This document shows positions 17,829-32,024 of a stretch of 64,000 bases of DNA, piece after piece. Made by a program: the position numbers and the translations under genes. Location of the stretch: positions 1,024,001-1,088,000 of the forward strand of contig CBDCFW010000006.1 of NCBI GenBank assembly GCA_965216465.1, given 5' to 3'. The number at the start of each line of letters is the position of its first letter. The stretch's first letter is position 1. The notes below the pieces were generated by a model. It had not been told where the DNA came from. It was given only the letters and a program-made list of their open reading frames with translations, and made no database searches. This DNA is from Bacteroidia bacterium. Lineage in GTDB: Bacteria; Bacteroidota; Bacteroidia; NS11-12g; UBA9320.

Positions 17829-18964
17829 TTGAAAACTATTTAAAAATAAGAGCTCATACCGAAGCACTGTGTGAGCCTCTTGAGCTGGAAGATTATAGCG
17901 TACAGCCCATGCTCGACGTGTCACCACCAAAATGGCACTTGGCTCATATAACATGGTTCTTTGAGCAGTTCTTGCTAACGGAGTACTACCCTGATTATAA
18001 GGTGTATAATGAGGATTATGCGTACTTATTTAATAGCTACTATAACAATGTAGGAGATCGGGTGATTCGTGCAAATCGAGGGTTGATGACTCGTCCTGCG
18101 GTGAGCGATATTTTAGCTTATCGGAAATATGTAGACCAACACATGGTTAAACTTCTTGAAAAGGGAATTGATAAAACCGCTCAGGAGGTATTGGCCTTGG
18201 GGTTGAATCACGAGCAACAGCACCAAGAGTTATTGGCCTACGACATTAAATATATTTTGGGCAATCAAGTAACCTTCCCAAAATATGGCGATGGATTTGC
18301 TTTAAATCCTGAGAAGACCGAAGGTTTCACGCGAGTGGAAGAAGGAGTATACGAAATTGGTTATGAAGGGGAGGACTTTCATTTCGATAATGAGAGAGGT
18401 AGACACAAAGTATACCTTCACGAATTTGAAATTTCCAATCGTTTGATAACGAATGGAGAATGGAAAAAATTCATTAAAGATAGTGGGTATAAAAACTTCA
18501 ATTTCTGGCATGCCGAAGGATGGGATTGGGTAAACGATAACAAAATTGAAGCCCCGTTGTATTGGCACTGGCACAATGATGAGTGGCATTATTACAACAT
18601 GGAAGGGTTGCAGCCTGTTCGAGATGATCTGCCAGTAATGAATATTAGCTTATTTGAGGCTTTTGCCTTCGCTGAATGGAAGGGAATGCGCCTGCCAACC
18701 GAAGCAGAGTGGGAAGTAGCCGCTGACCATTTTAATTGGGGACAGGTTTGGGAATGGACGAATAGCGCTTATTTACCATATCCCGGATATAAAAAAGAGG
18801 AGGGAGCAATTGGGGAGTACAACGGTAAGTTCATGGTCAACCAAAAAGTGTTGAAAGGCGGATCGGTTGCCACTCCTAAAAATCACACTAGAAAAACATA
18901 CCGGAACTTTTTTCATCCTCATGTGAGATGGCAGTTTTCGGGTTTAAGATTAGTTAAGAAATGA
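17825..18964 (+). CDS. egtB: Ergothioneine biosynthesis sulfoxide synthase EgtB
   Basis: DinB-like N-terminus SPPKWHLAHITWFFE and HEQQHQELL (Fe ligands); FGE-like C-terminus RLPTEAEWE, GEYNGKFM and YRNFF. Confidence 0.93.
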   Translation: MIENYLKIRAHTEALCEPLELEDYSVQPMLDVSPPKWHLAHITWFFEQFLLTEYYPDYKVYNEDYAYLFNSYYNNVGDRVIRANRGLMTRPAVSDILAYRKYVDQHMVKLLEKGIDKTAQEVLALGLNHEQQHQELLAYDIKYILGNQVTFPKYGDGFALNPEKTEGFTRVEEGVYEIGYEGEDFHFDNERGRHKVYLHEFEISNRLITNGEWKKFIKDSGYKNFNFWHAEGWDWVNDNKIEAPLYWHWHNDEWHYYNMEGLQPVRDDLPVMNISLFEAFAFAEWKGMRLPTEAEWEVAADHFNWGQVWEWTNSAYLPYPGYKKEEGAIGEYNGKFMVNQKVLKGGSVATPKNHTRKTYRNFFHPHVRWQFSGLRLVKK

Positions 18965-19926
18965 AAATGATTAATACAGAAACACAAGTTGAATTTGCAA
19001 GCGATGTTGATAGTGGGTTAAGCACCTATCCTAAAAAGCTAAGCAGTAAATATTTTTATAACGACCAGGGCGATAAACTTTTTCAGCAAATTATGGCCAT
19101 GCCAAGCTACTATGTAACCGATGCTGAAATTGAAATTCTAAAAACGCATGGAAAAAGCATTGCTCGAGCAATGAACACAAATGGTCATCTCAATATTTTT
19201 GAGCTTGGTGCTGGAGATGGAACTAAAACAATACTGTTTTTAGAGTCTTTAGAAGAATTGAATATCGACTATACCTACTACCCAATTGATATTTCAGCTG
19301 ATGTTTTGCAGACATGCGAAAACAATGTGAGAGATAGGTTCTCAGATGCAAAGGTTGAAGGTGTTAACTTGTCGTATGACGACGCGTTAGATAGTTTACT
19401 GCTTACGGAAGATAGCACCAATTTGGTCATGTTCTTAGGGTCAAACCTTGGAAACTTGTACCACAAAGAGGCAATAACATTTTTAGAGAAGATTAGCAGA
19501 TCCCTCAATGCTAACGACTATCTATTGATGGGATTAGACAGCATGAAAGACCCTGAAGTAATTCTTGAAGCGTACAATGATAAAGAAGGGATTACTAAGG
19601 CTTTCAATTTGAATCTTCTTACTCGAATAAATGAAGAATTAGGCGGCAACTTCAATACAGAAAACTATAAACACTGGCCTGTATACGACCCAGAAAGTGG
19701 AACTACAACGAGTTATTTGGTTAGTACAGTTGAGCAGGAGGTTCATGTTGCGGCCCTCAATAAGACCTATAAGTTCGATAAATGGGAGTCGATTCATACT
19801 GAAATTTCTCAGAAATATGATGAAACCACAATAGAGTGGCTTTGCCAAATGTCAGGATTATCACTTCATTCGATTTATTCTAATGAGAAAAATGAATTTT
19901 TCGAATGTTTAATTAAGAAGAGATGA
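18961..19926 (+). CDS. egtD: L-histidine N(alpha)-methyltransferase EgtD
   Basis: PKKLSSKYFY, ELGAGDGTKT, FLGSNLGN, AYND..GIT.AFNLN.L and IHTEISQKY; overlaps egtB (ATGA). Confidence 0.92.
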   Translation: MKMINTETQVEFASDVDSGLSTYPKKLSSKYFYNDQGDKLFQQIMAMPSYYVTDAEIEILKTHGKSIARAMNTNGHLNIFELGAGDGTKTILFLESLEELNIDYTYYPIDISADVLQTCENNVRDRFSDAKVEGVNLSYDDALDSLLLTEDSTNLVMFLGSNLGNLYHKEAITFLEKISRSLNANDYLLMGLDSMKDPEVILEAYNDKEGITKAFNLNLLTRINEELGGNFNTENYKHWPVYDPESGTTTSYLVSTVEQEVHVAALNKTYKFDKWESIHTEISQKYDETTIEWLCQMSGLSLHSIYSNEKNEFFECLIKKR

Positions 19927-20204
19927 AAGCAATTTGGAATGACAAAATTTTAGCAGAAAGTGACGATACGATTGTTATAGAGGGCAATCATTATTTCCCT
20001 GAAGATTCAATCAATAAAGAGTATTTTGTGAACAGCGATACGCATACAGTTTGCCATTGGAAAGGGGTGGCCTCATATTACACCTTAAATGTTGATGGTC
20101 AGCAAAATCCAGATGCTGCTTGGTATTATCCAGAGACACGAGAATTGGCGAAGCACATCGAAGGATATATCGCATTCTGGCACGGTGTTGAAATCGTTGA
20201 ATAA
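19923..20204 (+). CDS. DUF427 domain protein
   Basis: AESDDT..IEGNHYFP, CHWKG.ASYY and AAWYYP motifs; translationally coupled to egtD. Confidence 0.9.
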   Translation: MKAIWNDKILAESDDTIVIEGNHYFPEDSINKEYFVNSDTHTVCHWKGVASYYTLNVDGQQNPDAAWYYPETRELAKHIEGYIAFWHGVEIVE

Positions 20205-20224
20205 AATAATTGTACCTTTAACCT

Positions 20225-20371
20225 ATGAAAAATGTATTAATCTTCTTGATCGTTTTGATTGGGGTTGTTATGATTTATTTAGGAGCAACTGGCCCTAAAT
20301 TAATGCTTCCTCCGATTTTATCAGGAGTAGCATTTATCCTGATTGCCATTATGCTTTATAGCAAAGAATAG
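20225..20371 (+). CDS. Small 48-aa two-helix membrane protein (absent from the ORF track)
   Basis: ATG 20225 to TAG 20371 gives MKNVLIFLIVLIGVVMIYLGATGPKLMLPPILSGVAFILIAIMLYSKE: two hydrophobic segments around a G/P turn, 20 nt after the DUF427 stop. Confidence 0.65.
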   Translation: MKNVLIFLIVLIGVVMIYLGATGPKLMLPPILSGVAFILIAIMLYSKE

Positions 20372-21458
20372 CATCAATAAATCGATCGATATCATCTTCA
20401 TTATTGTAGTAATGAACCCCAAGTCTTATGTTGCCTCCACGCTCTGAGGTTTCAATTTTATTGTTAGCCAAGTGCTCAAATAACCCAGGTTTACTTGCAA
20501 TAGAGATAATGCCAAGTCTATTTTCTTGATGGAAGTCACCTACTACAACCACCTCATTTTGCTCAAGTCTATCAGTGAGATAATCCATTAGCTCGTTTAT
20601 TCTCGTATGAATATTGTCTTGGCCGATTTCTTCTATTTGGGATAAGGCAAAGTGCATTCTATTAAAAGCGTCGTGGTCGTGATGGCCTGGTTCAAAGCAC
20701 TTTATTCCAGGTATAAATTCAGGAATGTTACCGTTCCATGAATTGCTATTGAATCCAGCGGTTTTAACTGGAAACCTAGTTAAGCATTCTTCGGAAGCAT
20801 AAATAAATCCATTTCCGAAACCAGCAAGACTCCACTTGTAGCAACTTGCTCCAAGCAAATCAATATTGCATTTGGCTACATCAATAGATATTGCACCAAA
20901 GCTTTGCGTTGCATCAACCACAAAAGTACAGTTGTAATTGTTGCATATATTTCCAATTGTTTCTAAGTCGCAGAGAAAACCAGTTAACCACTGACAATGA
21001 CTTATCGCCAAAATCTCGGGTTTCACTTCTTTAACTAAAGTCTCAAGTTTGACAAGGTCTAAAGTAGAGTCAGGTTCAAAATCTAAATAATGAAGCTTGA
21101 AATTTCCTTGTTCAAAGGGCATGTTTAGCGAAGGGTAATCGCTATTGAACAACACAACTTTGGTGTCTTTTGGTAGCGAGTTAACAAAAAAGTTAATTCC
21201 TACTGAGAAGTTTTGAACCAAAGCAATATCGCTTGAAGATGAATTTATCAATCTCCCCACCTGATCTTTTATTGCGGGGACCGTCTTAAACATAAAATCC
21301 ATTCGGTAATCCCACGGATTTGCTGTAAACTTCTTAGCTTCACCTGCTACATGATCTAAAGTCACTGATGATGGGATTCCGTTAGCTGGAGAATTAAGAT
21401 ACACCCCACTTCCTTGAATATTAGCCACGTGATTAAGACGCAAGTCGTTCCAATTCAT
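20349..21458 (-). CDS. Class V PLP-dependent enzyme (cysteine desulfurase/C-S lyase-like; EgtE-like candidate)
   Basis: YLN, DYPS, VDATQSFG, SCYKW (PLP Lys) and IRLGVHYYN. ATG 21458 is preferred over TTG 21473. Confidence 0.85.
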   Translation of the reverse strand: MNWNDLRLNHVANIQGSGVYLNSPANGIPSSVTLDHVAGEAKKFTANPWDYRMDFMFKTVPAIKDQVGRLINSSSSDIALVQNFSVGINFFVNSLPKDTKVVLFNSDYPSLNMPFEQGNFKLHYLDFEPDSTLDLVKLETLVKEVKPEILAISHCQWLTGFLCDLETIGNICNNYNCTFVVDATQSFGAISIDVAKCNIDLLGASCYKWSLAGFGNGFIYASEECLTRFPVKTAGFNSNSWNGNIPEFIPGIKCFEPGHHDHDAFNRMHFALSQIEEIGQDNIHTRINELMDYLTDRLEQNEVVVVGDFHQENRLGIISIASKPGLFEHLANNKIETSERGGNIRLGVHYYNNEDDIDRFIDAILCYKA

Positions 21459-21471
21459 GAGGTAAAAGTAC

Positions 21472-21505
21472 AAAAAAAGGCCCTTGCTTAAACAAGGGCC
21501 TAAAA
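21472..21505 (-). terminator. Intrinsic terminator after the TonB-dependent receptor
   Basis: aggcccttg/caagggcct 9-bp stem followed by a T-run on the minus strand. Confidence 0.8.
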
Positions 21506-21508
21506 GTT

Positions 21509-23956
21509 TTAAAGTGTTATTCCGACCTTCAACATCCAGTTAAAGCCAGCCATGGGATAGAGGTAGTTGAAATCTGCTCGTTCTCCTCCGAGGTAGCCGC
21601 TAAATGTATATCCGTTTGGAGCGTAATATTGATTTAGGACATTATTTAAAAAGAAGCTCACATTCATTTTTGCAATACCTGGAACATCGTTTGTTTCGTA
21701 GTTTATACTTGCATCAATGTTGGTGAAAGCATCCAGCGAACGTTCGTCACTAGAGGTGTTATCCAAATACTGCTTTCCAACATACTTTCCTTGAACATTA
21801 AAACTAAGCGGAGAATTAGGTTTGTATCCAAGAATTATAGCCGCAATGGTATTTGGAGAAAAAGAAATGTCTGTATTCTCGTGATGGTCTATTAAATCAA
21901 AATTGCCGTCCCAAGCAACAACATATTCAGTGAATTCTGCAATTTTGTTTTGTGCGAAGGTAGCATTACCACCTACTTGAAGCTTTTTGGTTAACGGGTA
22001 TTGAAACTGCATTTCAATTCCCCTTCTGAAACTCTCTTCAACATTGGTTCTAATTGCTTCTCCTACATCATTTACTGCACCAGTTAAAACCAATTGATTG
22101 GTGTAGTCCATGCTATAAATGTTAATGCCAAACTGTTTTCTTCCGCTTTCAAATTTGTAACCAGCCTCAATGTTATTCATTTCTTCGTGTTGTGGCCAGT
22201 CGTCGGTTTTGTTATCTCTAAAATCATCGCGAACAGGTTCACGATTCCCTCTTGCCCAAACGGCGTAGAAAGTGTTGTTTTTTAGCAAATAAGTTAATCC
22301 TAACTTGGGGTTAAAGAACACATAATTTACATCTTGTTGCTCCAACTCCAGATTGTTGTTTAGTCCTTCAAAGTCGTAATTGATGAAACGGTATTGCAGA
22401 TCAATAAATGGAATTAAGTTTTTGTAATTGTAGCTTTTCTTTACAAAGAAGTTTGCATCTTGCTTAGTTGCGTTGTTGTCGTAGTAGATGGCATTGATTT
22501 CTTCATATGCTGTAAATTCTGTTGAAATCGCCTCGCCAAAATGACGGTTTTCATAATGGCTAAAACCACCACCAACTGTAATGTCAAACTTGTTTTTCTT
22601 GTAGTTTGCACTGGCAATTATTCCTTTAAGCGTGTTATCTAACCAACGTCTACGCACAATGTCAGAAATGGTGATCGTATCTCGGCCATTTATCTGATCA
22701 GCAATTCCATAGTCGGCTAAGTCTTCGCCACCTTTAAATTGCTCAAAGTAACCTTTACCTGTTGTGAGAAAAGCTGCAGAACTTACTTTTATAGCAGAAG
22801 AAACCTCATAGTCATAGAACAATTGATAGTGATTTTGATTGTAATTGTCTACCTCGTTCTCGTACGTGTAGTAGTTGTAGGTCTTGCTGTTGGAGTTGAT
22901 TAAATTTTGTAGGTCATCCCCGCCAATCCATAGTTGGTTAACATAACGATTGAGTTCAGCAGTATTTTGTTCAAATTTAGGTTCCGGTATACCCCACCAT
23001 GCTTGATAAGTACGTTCATGACCAAGTAGGATGTTTGTTTTTAGAACAGATTTGTCCCAGTGTTTTGCACCTGTAAAATTGAATGATTTTAAGTTTGATG
23101 ATGCTCGATCGATGAAACCATCACTGGCAATTAAACTGCCTCTGAATTGGTAAGCCCATCCTTTTTCTAGCATGCCACTTGCATAGCCAAATGTTACTCG
23201 AGACGTATTAAAACTTCCTAGTCCTAGGCTTGCTACGGTTGTTTGTTTTTTAGCAATTTCACTGGTTCTTATGTTAACGCTTGCTCCAAATGCTGCAGCA
23301 CCATTTGTGCTGGTTCCAATTCCTCTTTGAACTTGAACACTTTGAGTTGATGAAGCAAGGTCAGGTAAGTTAACCCAGTACGTACCTTGACTTTCAGCAT
23401 CATTTAGTGGGATGCCGTTGATGGTTATGTTTACACGAGTTGGGTCAATTCCTCTAATTCGAATACCGGTATATCCAACTCCGTTGCCGGCGTCTGAAGA
23501 AATTACAGTACTTGGAGTGAGGTTAAGCAAAAAAGGGAAATCCTTGCTTTGGTCGAGGGTTTCAATCTGTTTTCGATCTAGATTAGTGAAAGTAGTTGGC
23601 GAAGTTCGAGAGGCCCTAACAGTTGAGATAATGGCGGCGTCAATAAACTCCATGTCATCTACAAAATGATAGGTCTCGTTATAATCGCTATACAACTCAA
23701 TGGTTCTAACCAAAGTACTCATACCGATATGGGAAATAGATAAAGTGTAACGACCTTTTTCCACATTCTCAATTTTAAATGAGCCATTCGGAGTTGAGTA
23801 GGTGGTGTAGGTGTTTTGGTCGTTCTTGATTCGGATAAATGCAGATTCAACTGGTGTGAGTGATTCTGAACTTTTTAATTGTCCCGAAAAAGTGATTTGG
23901 GCAATCGACAACCTGGTTGTCATCGCCAACAAAGTGAAAATTAATATTTTTTTCAT
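21509..23956 (-). CDS. TonB-dependent receptor, probably thiamine uptake
   Basis: N-terminal carboxypeptidase-regulatory-like domain, plug SDAGNGVGYTGIRIRG...QVQRG.GTSTNGAAAFGAS and beta-barrel; preceded by a TPP riboswitch. Confidence 0.9.
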   Translation of the reverse strand: MKKILIFTLLAMTTRLSIAQITFSGQLKSSESLTPVESAFIRIKNDQNTYTTYSTPNGSFKIENVEKGRYTLSISHIGMSTLVRTIELYSDYNETYHFVDDMEFIDAAIISTVRASRTSPTTFTNLDRKQIETLDQSKDFPFLLNLTPSTVISSDAGNGVGYTGIRIRGIDPTRVNITINGIPLNDAESQGTYWVNLPDLASSTQSVQVQRGIGTSTNGAAAFGASVNIRTSEIAKKQTTVASLGLGSFNTSRVTFGYASGMLEKGWAYQFRGSLIASDGFIDRASSNLKSFNFTGAKHWDKSVLKTNILLGHERTYQAWWGIPEPKFEQNTAELNRYVNQLWIGGDDLQNLINSNSKTYNYYTYENEVDNYNQNHYQLFYDYEVSSAIKVSSAAFLTTGKGYFEQFKGGEDLADYGIADQINGRDTITISDIVRRRWLDNTLKGIIASANYKKNKFDITVGGGFSHYENRHFGEAISTEFTAYEEINAIYYDNNATKQDANFFVKKSYNYKNLIPFIDLQYRFINYDFEGLNNNLELEQQDVNYVFFNPKLGLTYLLKNNTFYAVWARGNREPVRDDFRDNKTDDWPQHEEMNNIEAGYKFESGRKQFGINIYSMDYTNQLVLTGAVNDVGEAIRTNVEESFRRGIEMQFQYPLTKKLQVGGNATFAQNKIAEFTEYVVAWDGNFDLIDHHENTDISFSPNTIAAIILGYKPNSPLSFNVQGKYVGKQYLDNTSSDERSLDAFTNIDASINYETNDVPGIAKMNVSFFLNNVLNQYYAPNGYTFSGYLGGERADFNYLYPMAGFNWMLKVGITL

Positions 23957-23999
23957 TCCTGTATAATTAAACAGGAGTTGAGAGATACTGTAAAGTATG

Positions 24000-24085
24000 T
24001 TAATTCCTACGGCAGCATTACCTGCATCAGGTGTATGGGTATCATCTCAGCAATACCGCAATGCGGTAAAGCACCCCTTTCTGGG
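24000..24085 (-). ncRNA. TPP (thiamine pyrophosphate) riboswitch
   Basis: Minus strand GGGGTGC...GCTGAGATGATACCC.ATACACCTGATGCAGGTAATGCTGCCGTAGGAA matches the THI-box consensus. Confidence 0.93.
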
Positions 24086-24229
24086 TGCAAAGGAATTAAA
24101 AACTTAGCAATACCATTTAAAATTATTGAAAAAGTGCCTTGGAAGCTGTTTGAGAACAGAACATTTTATCCCAATAATATGGTGATGTAAAATGGCTTAA
24201 CTACTTTCGTGGCCTTATTTGATTTCAGC

Positions 24230-28683
<4,454 letters not shown>

Positions 28684-31600
28684 TTAGTCAATATCCCATA
28701 CAAGGTCTCCTGATTTGGTAAAATATCCAAATTGGTTCTTGAACTGAAATTGAAATACACCCTCATTGGGAAGGTAATTTATATAGGTGCATTCAGGAGC
28801 AACAAGATAGTTTGTATTGAGGTCACAAACACCCACTGCTGAGCTAAGACCAACAATGCTCACACCATTTTGAGGTCTATCTACATAACTATAACTTGGA
28901 AATATTCTGTAGAACCCTGTTCTGTCTATAAGGCCGTACTTTCCATCAATCGCTACCACTGCAGTGCCATTTTCAAATGGTTTAGCGTCGGAATAAAGGC
29001 TGCCAAAAACTTGATTTCCTGAAGTGTTGATATACTGATAGGATTTTCCTTTTCTAACAAGTAGCAACCCTTCGCTGAAACCTCCTCTTACTCTTCCGTA
29101 CTCTGTTTTTACAGTGTCTCCCTCGCTATTAAGGATAGTATAATTAATGCCCTTTTGTGATACAGTAAGTCCGTTTTCGAATGGCATAAGTTTAGCGTAC
29201 TTATACTTCATTGCAGTTTTTCCTTCTAAATCAACTGCTCCGTATTTTTTGAATCGCTTAATTACAAGAAGGCCATCTGAGTACCCACTTCTGATGGATG
29301 AAGCTCGATACTTTTTAATCTTGTTTCCTTCATTGTCATATACTACCGTAGTGCCCCTGTAATAGCATGCAAATCTTCCGTCACCATAATAGATCTTCTG
29401 GTACTTTGGTTTAATAATTTCAATGCCTTTTGCGTTTACAACACCTCGTTTGCTTCCGTTTCGGACTTCAGCATATCCATTTTCATTAATTGATTCTGCC
29501 TTTGAATATTTATTCCTGTTAACAAACTCGTTTTGAAGATTGATGTAGCGATACATAGCATTTTTCCGTTTTGATTCTTTATGACGTACCAGAGCAACAC
29601 CGTTAACAAAAGGTCCTGCCTTATTGTATACAGGCTTTATAATAACTTGGCCTTCTAGTGTAAAGTAACCGTACTTTCCCCTCACCTTTGCCGGAATTAG
29701 TTCTTCTGCATGTTGTCCAATTTTGGTGAAAAGAAAATCGGAGTGCACATTTCCCATTGAGTCTACAAACGCCATTCTTCTTTCTTCGGCAAATCCAGCT
29801 ACTCCATTATAAAAATTAGAAACTTTATGCAGTCCTTCATACGATGTGAAATCACCGTTGTTTTTGAGTAAAACAGTAAGATGATCATTAAAACACCATG
29901 TTTGATTGTCGGTAAACGGTAGTGCCTTGGTGTATTGAACATCAGCTATGGTTGTTCCATCTTCTCGAACATATCCGTAACGATTTTTTCTGACTCTGGT
30001 CATGAGTAAAGAGTCATTTGTGCCAGGTAGAAAAGCTATTTCTAAATAGACATCTTTAAGTCTTAAGTTCCCATTTCCATCCATTAAACCAAATAAACTA
30101 TCCCGGTTCATGATAATGGCTCGCTCATTTCTAAAGTTTTCACAAGCTCGTATATCCAACTTTTTAAATTCTTTGAGGTCCATAATATATCGACCATCCC
30201 TATCTATATATGCCCAAAATCCTAAGCCATCAATTCGGGTTTGCCACCTAGATCTATAGTTGGGGTAGCTCATATTAAATTCATTTGCAAAACTGATAGC
30301 GGAGCCTAAGTCACAAAGAATAGGTTTCGCAGTTTTATAGAACTTTGTTCCTACAAAAATTTTGGCATAACCATTGGTGAAAGGTCCGATGTACTTCGAG
30401 GTGTAGCGTAAAATTCGTCCAGAAAATCGATTCACCGTAGCCATATATCCATTGGAGTACATTACACGCATCACATGTACTGCACTATCTCTTATTCCTG
30501 TTGTATCAACATAGACTAAACCTGCTTGAATTACAGGCTTAAACTTCTCTTCATTAACAATTCCATAAACCGCTCTTGATCTTAAGGATAAGCCGGTTCT
30601 GTGAGTTACTGTTTTGGGTATAAAAATCTTCCCTATTACCATGGGTGTATTTGGCACTTTGTACACCGCATCGTATATTGGTTTTATAGATACCTCACCA
30701 TTCGGATATTTTAAGCCCCACTTTCCTTTTTTATCTTGAAACCAGAATTGACTTGTAGTTTGTTGTCTGACATTGCCATTCACAACATCCATTTGAATGC
30801 GACCGCCAAGTTTCATAGTTGCGGTATTTGTAAAAATCATAGAATCGATAATCTCGTTTCTTGAATTCAGATCAAACAAATAGATCATTGAGTCTTTCTT
30901 TGCCTTGATTACACCATCAGAGCCTTTAGCAAGGAAAGAAAATTTGCAGGGAAGTACTTCCCTTCCTTCTTCAGCAAGCAAGCCGAATTTTCCTTGATAC
31001 TCTACAGTACTTAGCCCATTAACAAACATTCCAATTTGGTGGTATTTATTGTCTACAACAGTTGTTCCGGTACTATCTATTAAGCCATATTTGTAATCAT
31101 TATAGGGCATCAGATAGCTCGAATTCTGGAGGCTATAAACTTGTTCGTACACTGGATCAATAATAATTCGGTTTAGTTGTGTTGAATAAACTCCTAAACC
31201 TGTTGAAGTTCTAATAGTTATATACTTTCTATTAAATCGATCATAAGCTAGTGCCAAGGAGTCTACGATTAGTCTTTCAGGGGCATTGAGTAAGTAAGCT
31301 TTTTCATTTTGTTTCAACTCAAAATAACCGCTAACCAAAGGATCAACATCGTCAAACCTTCCATTAAAAATGGCCTCACCATTTTCATTTTTGATCTGCT
31401 TTGATCCATCATGGTGGGTAGTTATGAAATGACTGCCTCGCTTTTCAATGTTGGCATAAATGCAAGGAGCTAGCTCAGTGCCCATGTGGTTATATAAGCC
31501 AACAGAGTCGGCCTTATAGCAATAAAAAAACCCATCTTGCTCTATAACGTGATCATAAGCTGTATCAATCAAGTATACACCTTTAGCATTTAGAACACCT

Positions 31601-32013
31601 GATTTTAAACCAGTTGATACGACAAAACTTTCTTCCGGACTATTAATATACTCAATGCTTCTAAAAGTGGGGGATATTCTTAACCGCGAGTTTTTGCTCT
31701 GCATACCATATAGGCCATCTTGCTTAAAAACAAGCATGTCGCCATAGATGAAAGAGATGTCCGTTACGGACAGTTCAGTAATTTGTTGACCCTTTTTGTT
31801 AATTAAGAAGCTTTTTCCATCTTGAAGTACCCACGTATATTCTCGATTCTTGAATGGATGGCATTGATCATATTGAGGCGAAATTTTCCAAGATCCATGT
31901 TTGTCGATAAACCCCCAAACATTTTTTTCTTTAGCAGGAAGAAGCACTTCGTTCGTTTGGCCGAACAAAGAAATAAACAAGAAAATCAGAGCAAAGACAA
32001 AGCCTAATCTCAT
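28684..32013 (-). CDS. WG-repeat (beta-repeat) exported protein
   Basis: Signal peptide ending G-Q and many K(Y/W)G(F/Y/L)ID..G...I.P.Y....F..G repeats. Confidence 0.88.
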   Translation of the reverse strand: MRLGFVFALIFLFISLFGQTNEVLLPAKEKNVWGFIDKHGSWKISPQYDQCHPFKNREYTWVLQDGKSFLINKKGQQITELSVTDISFIYGDMLVFKQDGLYGMQSKNSRLRISPTFRSIEYINSPEESFVVSTGLKSGVLNAKGVYLIDTAYDHVIEQDGFFYCYKADSVGLYNHMGTELAPCIYANIEKRGSHFITTHHDGSKQIKNENGEAIFNGRFDDVDPLVSGYFELKQNEKAYLLNAPERLIVDSLALAYDRFNRKYITIRTSTGLGVYSTQLNRIIIDPVYEQVYSLQNSSYLMPYNDYKYGLIDSTGTTVVDNKYHQIGMFVNGLSTVEYQGKFGLLAEEGREVLPCKFSFLAKGSDGVIKAKKDSMIYLFDLNSRNEIIDSMIFTNTATMKLGGRIQMDVVNGNVRQQTTSQFWFQDKKGKWGLKYPNGEVSIKPIYDAVYKVPNTPMVIGKIFIPKTVTHRTGLSLRSRAVYGIVNEEKFKPVIQAGLVYVDTTGIRDSAVHVMRVMYSNGYMATVNRFSGRILRYTSKYIGPFTNGYAKIFVGTKFYKTAKPILCDLGSAISFANEFNMSYPNYRSRWQTRIDGLGFWAYIDRDGRYIMDLKEFKKLDIRACENFRNERAIIMNRDSLFGLMDGNGNLRLKDVYLEIAFLPGTNDSLLMTRVRKNRYGYVREDGTTIADVQYTKALPFTDNQTWCFNDHLTVLLKNNGDFTSYEGLHKVSNFYNGVAGFAEERRMAFVDSMGNVHSDFLFTKIGQHAEELIPAKVRGKYGYFTLEGQVIIKPVYNKAGPFVNGVALVRHKESKRKNAMYRYINLQNEFVNRNKYSKAESINENGYAEVRNGSKRGVVNAKGIEIIKPKYQKIYYGDGRFACYYRGTTVVYDNEGNKIKKYRASSIRSGYSDGLLVIKRFKKYGAVDLEGKTAMKYKYAKLMPFENGLTVSQKGINYTILNSEGDTVKTEYGRVRGGFSEGLLLVRKGKSYQYINTSGNQVFGSLYSDAKPFENGTAVVAIDGKYGLIDRTGFYRIFPSYSYVDRPQNGVSIVGLSSAVGVCDLNTNYLVAPECTYINYLPNEGVFQFQFKNQFGYFTKSGDLVWDID

Positions 32014-32024
32014 GCAAGCTAAAA

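Noticed and set aside
17825-19926. Selenoneine (senABC) or ovothiol (ovoA) cluster
   Set aside because: No selenophosphate synthetase or SenB glycosyltransferase lies nearby, the sulfoxide synthase has no fused methyltransferase, and a separate EgtD follows it.
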